From NCBI RefSeq assembly GCF_018350175.1, contig NC_058368.1, forward strand, positions 111,540,001-111,604,000: a stretch of 64,000 bases of DNA. The letters are read 5' to 3'. Under the pieces are notes generated by a model. That model was given only the letters and a program-made list of their open reading frames with translations. It was not told the DNA's origin and made no database searches. The DNA comes from Felis catus (lineage: Eukaryota). Position numbers and translations under genes: made by a program. Numbering within the stretch: the first letter of the stretch is position 1; every line of letters begins with the position of its first letter. Of the stretch, positions 55,802 to 64,000 are shown piece by piece.

Positions 55802-56465
55802 ACATCTTCTCCATCAATCAATGGACACTTGACCTGCTTGGCTATTGTAAATAATGCTGCTATAAACAATGGGTTGCATGTATCCTTTTGAATAAATGTT
55901 CCTGTATTCTTTGGGTAAATACCTAGTAGTGTGCTTGCTGGATCATAAAGTAACTCTATTTTTAATTTTTTGAGGAATCTCCACACTGTTTTCCACAGTG
56001 GCTGCCCCAGTTTGCATTCCCACCAATAGTGCATGCTCATTCCTTTTTTCCACACCCTCCCCAACACCTGTTGTTTCTTGTGTTGTTGATTTTAGCCATT
56101 CTCACAGATGTGAGGTGATACCTCACTGTGCTTTTGATTTGCATTTCCCTGATGGTCAGTGAGGATGAGCATCTTTAAAAAAATTTTTTTAAAAAAAATG
56201 TTTACTTATTTTTGAGAGAGAGAGAAAGAGACAGTGCAAGCAGGGAGGTGTAGAGAGAGAGAGGGAGACACAGAATTTGAAGCAGGCTCCAGGCTCCGAG
56301 CTGTCAGCCCAGAGCCTGATGTGGAGCTCAAACCCATGAACCATGAGATCATGACCTGAGCTGAAGTCAAACGCTTAACCAACTGAGCCACCCAGGCGTC
56401 CTATGATGAATATCTTTTCATGTGTCTGTTGACCATGTGGATGTCTTCTTTGAAGAAATGTCTGT
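55345..56465 (-). mobile_element. Carnivore L1 3' portion containing a (CA)n microsatellite (~55756-55800) and an inserted SINE
   Basis: ORF 55672..56067 translates as L1 ORF2 C-terminus-like (WWECKLGQPLWKTVWRFLKKLKIELLYDPA...LLGIYPK). Confidence 0.93.
56177..56401 (-). mobile_element. Can-SINE inserted in L1
   Basis: Typical body; approximate TSD gatga(gc/at)atcttt; L1 text resumes afterwards. Confidence 0.94.
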
Positions 56466-57783
56466 TCCTCTCCTGTTCTACCCATGTGTATTTAGGTCTG
56501 TTTTTTTTCTTACCTAGTGCTTTCTTTTAATGGGATATCTTTATTATTTATTTGATAATACCTGATTCTTATAAGAAGTTAAAACAGTCCAAGGTAAGTG
56601 AATCTACCTCTTAATCCACCTTCTTTGTCCAGAGCTGATTAACAATTTATCTTTGCAGATAGTTTTGCCTTTATGATCTTTATGCCCATGTGTGCTGAAA
56701 TACTCACACTTGCGGACCCCTGCCCCTACACTTTGTGAATATACATGAAATCATACTCTCCCAGCCTATCCTGTACCATACTGTTCTCTAACTGGTCTTG
56801 TTCCCTCAGCGCTTGGAGAAGGGTGGTGGGCATCCTTCAATCATAAATTAGAAATGACTGCTTTCTTTTTGACATGCTGCACAGTGTTCTTTTATGTTAT
56901 AATTTATAGAGTGGACATTTAGTACGCTCTCAATTTTTTGTTACTGTAAAGAGTGCTGCTCTGAATATCGGTGTAACCAAATCTTTGCATACCTGTCTTT
57001 TTGTCTCCTTAGATATTTCCTGGGAGTGGAATTGCCAGGTGGGTGTACAACAGCTAAGACATTGGTAGACAGTCCCGATTGCCCCCCAGACAGGTGTACG
57101 GTTTATATCCCCCACTCTTTGGTGTATGAGAGGGCTCTTTTCCTCTTCTCTTTGCTTAATCCTCTCTTTTCTGCTTTGTAATTGTTGCCAGTAGGTTGGG
57201 TGAAAATGGCATCTCATTACTGTTTTGATTTGCATGACTTTGAGCAGTAAGGCTGAGCCCTTCTGTGTGTTCTGGCCATTGTGTGAACTGCTTGCTCTCT
57301 GTATGGTGTTTTTTTCCCTCTCTTCCAAAAGGAGTTCTCAGACCCCAGTTCATCCCTAGATTTGCGAGTGTTGTGGGCCGTGGGGTCCAGAGGCTGGCCG
57401 GCCGTGTGGATGGTGGGAAGAGGCGTCTTGCTGGGGAGTGCCAGAGAGCATTGTGCTCTCCCCAGTTTCTCCCCTTTCCTCCCACAAAGGCACTTAATTA
57501 GGTGTCGGCATAGTCTTCTCCCCCGTAAGTGCGGGCCTGGTGCTGGCAGGCCCTAGGCACAGAGTGGCCCCTCTGGGGTGCTTGACTCATTGGGCTGCTT
57601 TTTGCACATGGCCCTGTTAGTGGCTGAGTCCTGGGTGGTGACTCTGGCACTGGTCTGAGTTTTGGCATTTACCAGCGTTTATGCCTGGTTAACTGTTCAC
57701 AAAGATGCTGCCTTTTTTTAATCTTAAAAAAATTGTGAAATACAACACATATAGAAATGTTTAGTTTACCAAATTATTATAAA

Positions 57784-57802
57784 TTTTTTTAATGTTTTAT
57801 TT

Positions 57803-57842
<40 letters not shown>

Positions 57843-58006
57843 TGTGAGTCAGGAAGGGGCAGAGAGACGGAGGCACAGAATCCCAAGCAGGCTCCAGGCT
57901 CTGAGCTGTCAGCACAGCTGGCAATGAGGGGCTCGAACCCACAAACCATGAGATCATGACCTGAGCTGAAGTCAGACACTCAACTGACTGAGCCACCTAG
58001 GGGCCC
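57784..58006 (-). mobile_element. Can-SINE
   Basis: TSD CCAAATTATTATAAA at 57769-57783 and 58007-58021. Confidence 0.94.
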
Positions 58007-61000
58007 CCAAATTATTATAAAGCTAACACCCATGTTACCACCTCCTTGGGAGATGGTTGACTTTTAACAATACTGTGGCAACTGGGGCTGGCGCCTTGCC
58101 CTGACTGTTGGGCTGTACCATTCCCTGGCATCCTACCCTAGGACTCTGGGCCAGGGAGAGGTACTCCTCCATCGTGGGAGGACCACTTCGGGTGTGGCAG
58201 CTGTGGGCAAGGGTGCTGTGCTCTGATTGGTGGGGGGATGGGCACTTGACTCTTGTGACTTTTGCTTTACCTCTCACCCCCTCCACTGACCTGTGTCCTG
58301 ACAGACTCAGGGAACCTTCAGACCCCAGGAATTTGGATGGAACCCCAGGTAGCAGAGAAAGTCCAGGAATCCAGAGTGTGAAGATTTGGATAGGCCTGAA
58401 GGCCATGTCTGATTGGCTTGAGGTTTGGGGCTAGTCACGAAGCACTCACCCTCCATGACACAGCTTGGCCTTAGCCTGTGTGGGAGTGAGGCCATGTCAT
58501 GTGGGTGCAGCCTCCCTCTCACAGAAGAGGGTTCAGAGGAGGACCACTCTCTGTGTGGGAGAGTGTCCTCATGGACTGGGCTGGGATGTGAGCAGCTGAG
58601 GGAATGTAGGACTATGGCTCTCACTCTGGGGTGGGCCAGCTGAAGAACATTCCTGTTCTGGTGCCTCACTTCCCTTTGCTGCATCAGCCCTTGGTGATTC
58701 TCCAGATGGGATGTGTTCCCCCAGTGACAAGCCCCCAAGGGGAATGCCCACAGCCATTAAAGCGCAGCCCCTACACAGAGCCCATGTGCCCACCTCTACT
58801 TCCTTCCCTCTCAGCTGCCCCATTGCTTGTTCAGCCCACATGGAGCTTGCCACTGTGTGCCAGGCACTGGGTGATAGTGAGGGGCAGGTGGATTCAGCCT
58901 CTGCTCTCATGGAACTCAAGGCTGAGAATGGCACTGTCCAGTAGAATTTTCTGTGGTGATGGAATGTTCCATCTGGTAGTGGACAGTGCGGGGAGGGACA
59001 TGGATAGACAAGTTAACTGGGAACTACTGGGCTTAGAATGCAGCAGTGGAGGCCAGGGAAGACTTCTTGACTAAGCTAGTCATGAAGGAGGGAGAGGATG
59101 GGCCCGGCTGAATGGCCAAGCAGAGGGGTCGAGGAGGGGGCAGTAACAGGTGCAAAGGCCTGCTACGGACAGGACGTGTGCACGTTCAGGAGGAAGGAAG
59201 GGCAGCGCCCCTGGGGAGGAGAGGATAAGGGAGGGGCCATAGGAGCTGGGATGGGAGAGGCCAGAATTGCGGAACCCTGGGAACACACGGCTTTACCTGC
59301 AGAAGTGTTCGGATATGGGACTGATGTGGGCAGCTTTGCATTTGAAGATGTTCACTCTGGTGCCTTGTGGAAGGAGAAGGGTCTGGAAGGCAAGACCACT
59401 TAGGAAGCTGAGGCGGTGGCAGCTGTGGGATGGGGAAAACTGGAATGAGAATTGGAGGGGTAGATGCTGAGGGGGAGAAGGAGAAGCAGGGGTCACTGGG
59501 GACCTGACCCTTCCTGTTTGGATGCCCGGGGGCAGTGGGGCCTCTGTGGAGTCAGGGAATGCTGTGGAGGGGCACGTTTCAAGGGAAAGAGGCAAGTTCT
59601 GTTAGGTGAGCTGTGTGTGAGGTTCCCAAGCTGTTGGATGCAGGAGTCTGCTGCGAGTGGAGAGATCAGAGCTGGGGACAGGGCTGTGGGAGTCCCTGGC
59701 ATGAGGGATACAGGCTTATCACTGGTTCTCCCACTAAGCTGTCACTCTTGAGTGGCGCAGCTCCAGCCAAACCTGGGGAAAGGGCGTCCCAACTGGGATG
59801 TGGCCACGGCTCTCCCATTTCTACCTGTGGGCTGTGCACGTGCACCTGTGTGCCCATGTGCACAGTGGGGCCTTTGCCTACCTCTGGCCTGCAGTTAGGA
59901 TGCAGGGGGCTGGGAGTAGGGGAGGGAGGAGCAAGAAGGGGCAAAGTAGGACCTGCCTCAGAAAGATGGATTTTGCTGCATGGGGTTAGGCTCATCTCAG
60001 GGACACTAGCTGACCCTGGAGACTCTGGGCATTGGCTGGAGGCAGAAGAGCTGTGCCAGCCCCAAATGCTGCCTCCCGCCTACATAGTGCAACAGACTCA
60101 TTTCTCTTTAGATTTTGATCTGACCACCAGCCTGTAGGTTGCCTAATTATACCAGTGTCCCTCTGGGGGACTAGTACTTTGGAGTACAAGCTGAAATTCA
60201 GTACATGCCAAATCCACTGTAGGCTGTTCATGTACAGAAGGTATTCTGTGGCCTCCTAGGATGCATGCCAGCCCCTACTCCTTGCCAGTCCATAGACAAT
60301 CTGGACTTGGCTCCAGCTTTTGGTAGGGAATGCATCCGTTTGGTGTTCAAAAGTACAAAAATGGGTCATGTTAAGCCATGTGATGCCTGGATGGTATGTT
60401 CTATTGAGTCTGGTGGATGGGGCTCTGAGCTAAGGTTTTAGGATTATTTTGTCCTTACCTCCAGCAGTGCCAGCTGGGAGAATCTGCTCTGTCGGTGAGG
60501 ACCCGGGCTATCGGGGGGAGCTGTAGAGGGATCAGTAATCTTGGCCTGTGGCCTTATGCTGGGCCACCAGTCATGGCTCCTGACTTGGCCAGGTACATAG
60601 CTGGGCCAGGTGCATGAGCATGGCTGTCTTGGGAGGCCTACCTTCAGGACCGGGTTTGCTTAGGATGCTTGTGCCTTTCTGACTGTGCCCCCATCAGCCA
60701 ACTTTATGAACTCTGCCTTCATATTTTCTCCTAAACGTATCTACTTCTCTCCACCTGAGCCATTGCCCCTGCTCTGGTTCAAGCCTTCCTCCTGTGTCTC
60801 ACAAACCTTCCTGCCTCTCTGATTCATCTGTCCCTCTGGGGCAGTCAGACCTGATCCTGTGACTCTTATCTTTGATCTCTTTGCAGATTCTGTTTGTTTT
60901 ACCTAGAATATTCCACCCCTCCCCGCCCCCGCCCCTCTGCATGGCCAATTTCTAGCCACTCAGTGTCTGGCACATAGTAGGTACTCATATATTTTTCAAA

Positions 61001-64000
61001 TGAATACATGTAAATTAATGTAGGATGGGTATTTTTGATCTCAACTGATTTTTCCTTTTTAAGGAAGTCATTCCTTGCTCACCTAATTTTACATCTGTAC
61101 TCTGTGTTAGTAAGTGTAAGTGTGTGTTGTTCACCCGGCTCAGCAAATACTATTGCATTAAATTGTGTAGCATTATCTTTCCATACTAAGAAAATCCAGT
61201 GAATCTCTATTAGATCCTTCTTACCGGACACCTTTCCTGATATATGGTTCACCTATGATGAGATCTAGTCTTGGTTTTCAGCCTCTGGTTTCATGGACAA
61301 GGTGGCTTTTTGTGTGAACCTTGCAGGATGGGAACGTGTGGTCCTATGGACATAAGGTAGAGAAGGTCTCTTCAGGCAGAGAAAATCTCGAGCTAATGTG
61401 AGAAGTGTGAGGTGTATTTGTATTCCACTCAGCCCATAGGTCACCATCCCAGTAACCAGATGAGTATTTGTCAGTAGTCTGACTTTGAACATTGTCCTGG
61501 CGTAAGGTACCTCTGAAACTGAATCTGACCTTGTCTTGCCTCCCATCTTCTTTTTCTACTACTTCTCACCTCTGAGAACTTTGGGTTGTTGTCCTTGCCT
61601 AGGACACCATTTCTCAGGGGACACGTCCTAGGAGCCTCTGCTTTTCTACCTTCTATTGCCACTGCAAGTGTTAGCACCAGCACATTTTGCATCTTCCATG
61701 ATGTTGCTCTTCAACTGCATGTAGCTTGCTGTTCAGATGACTTCAAGCATCATCTATCCATACAGTGTCCTTAGTTGTTCACTTATTTGTGTGTCCACTA
61801 TGTGCTCGGCGCTGTTGGAATCTATGGAGGGATCAAGCACATTAGAGGTGTCTGCCCCCATGAAGTTCGTGGTCTTCTGAGAAGTCAAGACGTGAGAGAA
61901 ATGGCTCCTCATGATGTTATTGTACAGGTCAGAAGAGGGAGCAGTCAACCATTGCTTCCACCTAGTTCCAGCATCAGGCAAGACATCATGGAAGAGGAAG
62001 ACTATGGGTTGAGTCTTGGCATGTGAGGAAGAGATTCGGTCCTGCAAAGTTGGGGCAGAGAACATTTCCAGATGGGACAGTCTTGAGCAAATTTAAGAAG
62101 ACAGGAAGGGGGGGGGGCTTGTAGAGGGGGATGGTGGATGTTGAGAGGATGCATGGAGGTGAAATGGGAGACTATGTCTGGAAAAGTAGATAGGGCCTGG
62201 GTCTTCGAGGGATGGAAGGGCTCCCCTCTGGGGATGGAGAACTCTTGCCAATATTGAGCAGTGACATGTGTTGCTATTTTTGATGAGTCAACATTGAGGA
62301 AAAGAAAGAAATGTGATTAAGTACCTTAGGTAAGATGGTTTGGGGTGGAGAGAGGTGGTTGTGATGGTCGTGGGGGAAACAGAAATGTTTTTGTGTTGAA
62401 CAGAGCAGTACTGAGGGTCACCTGGCCCCTGGTTTCAGAAATTGCAGGTGGAGTGGAATTGTGTGAGCCGTACTCGGTGACTTCCCATAAGCCAGCAGAG
62501 AGTCGCAGGCCGTGGGATCTCCTGAGAGGAAGGGATGTTGCCACCCCATCTGCCCACAGTCCCTGTGTTGGGGTTTGGCTTTCATATTTCAGTTTGTATT
62601 CCCTTTGGTTTCTTTTGAAATTTTTACAAAAGTACAGGCTACTAATTCAAATGATAAATATTTTGTTTTAATTCAAAACAAAAGAGAAGACAAGCTGTCC
62701 GAAGTAATCTGGGTGCTGATGAGCTCTGCGGGCAGAGCTCCACAAAGTGGTTCTGAACTGTAGTGGGGCAGAGGTGTGTGGTTGCAGGGTGAGATGAAGT
62801 GTCTTTAGAAAACTGTGGCACCCAATCAGCACCTGCTTGGAAAGGGTATGTCAGGTTATGATACAAGACAAACTGTCATCACGGATTAAAGTGCTTCTGT
62901 GATCCAAGGGTAGTAGTCATTTCTTGGGACCTTGGCTAATCTTAAAAAAATTTTAAAACAAATGTGAAACAAATCAACTGCTTGAGACTGGCTCCTTAAA
63001 GGGTGGGTATTCATTCATTCGCATAAGTGATATTTAATTGATTTGTTGAACTGATCTGTTGATACTAAACTCTGCGGAACATACACTGGAAAACAAGGTG
63101 AAGAAGGTGGGTTCCCAAGAAGACAGAGACTAGCAAGTGTTCACTTTTTACCCCCGTAGGGACTAAGATGCTCTAGTTCCTGGAAGTGGGAAAAGCAGAT
63201 CAAAGTGCAGGTTTATTATGATACTTACTATTGTCAGATTAATGTGAAAAATAGTGAAAAGTGCAGCTTAGGAAGGAAAAATCACAGATGCGCAGCATTT
63301 TGTGGGGGCCCCACAGGCTGCACGTTTTAAGAAGAGGGGTGGGTGCTGGGAACAAAGATGAGAGGTGGTAGGACCAGGGGAGAAACCACCGTGTTGTCTC
63401 AGGGCAGTGGGTCACATTGATGCCGGTGTAAAATCCCGGGTTCTGGCTAAGCATGCAGGTTTGGGGCCTGCCTCCAGAGATTCCTCTAGAAGTGTGGTCT
63501 GGAGCTCTGCAGCCCACAGGCTGAACCAGTTGCCCGTCTCAGGTGTTTCTGAGGAGTAGCAGTAACCTGGAGAGATGAGTCCCAGCCTTGCATTTTTCAA
63601 AGATAACTATTGAAGGAGGGGCGGTCATACTGTATCCGTTCATTTGAGAGGATGTAAGTTCCAGGCCCCTCCTTTTAATTCCATAGCCATCCCTTCTGCC
63701 TCTTATGTCCTAGGTGTCAACTTCCAGAGGCCTGGGCATCAGAGGCAGGCCGGCGGGGCTCAGATAGCAGGCTGTAGACATGGTGTGGGCTCTGCGGGGC
63801 AGAATAGCTCCTGGAGGGGAGGTCTTAAAGGGCTGGGAAAATCCTGGGAGCCGAGAGGCACTGAGGGAGAGACTGTTCTGCGTCCCAGACAGGTGGTGGA
63901 GGCTCTCCTGCTCCAGCTGTGGCCTTAGAACTCTGCTGGGGGTGGGGAGGCCTGTGTCTCCACATACCTGCTAGCCTTCATCCATGCCAGATCTTTACCA

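Noticed and set aside
55672..56067. 131-aa ORF resembling a real protein
   Set aside because: Degenerate L1 ORF2 C-terminus interrupted by a microsatellite.
30804..57996. Recurring ORFs with 'AQVMISWFVGSSP...LTAQSLEPASDSVSPSLS'
   Set aside because: Translations of Can-SINE copies, not a gene family.

Overview
Mammalian genomic DNA from a carnivore, very probably a felid (14 SINEC_Fc-type Can-SINEs plus carnivore L1 3' ends). The only supportable protein-coding sequence is the first coding exon of PITX1 (minus strand, 1970-2135, inside a CpG island). The homeodomain exons lie left of the window. The remaining ~61 kb is the upstream regulatory gene desert (syntenic in human with the PITX1-AS1/C5orf66 interval towards MACROH2A1, from recall). 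It holds a second CpG island at ~6.6-8.9 kb, several motif-dense non-repetitive blocks that look like enhancers, and SINE/L1/MIR/L2/MLT1/hAT relics. I see no evidence of a wholly new biological system. The most interesting structure is a probable two-promoter design: a distal non-coding exon (donor 7588) could splice to an acceptor at 2210, skipping an 18-codon uORF carried by proximal transcripts. All calls were made by eye; repeat boundaries are approximate and enhancer and lncRNA calls are hypotheses.
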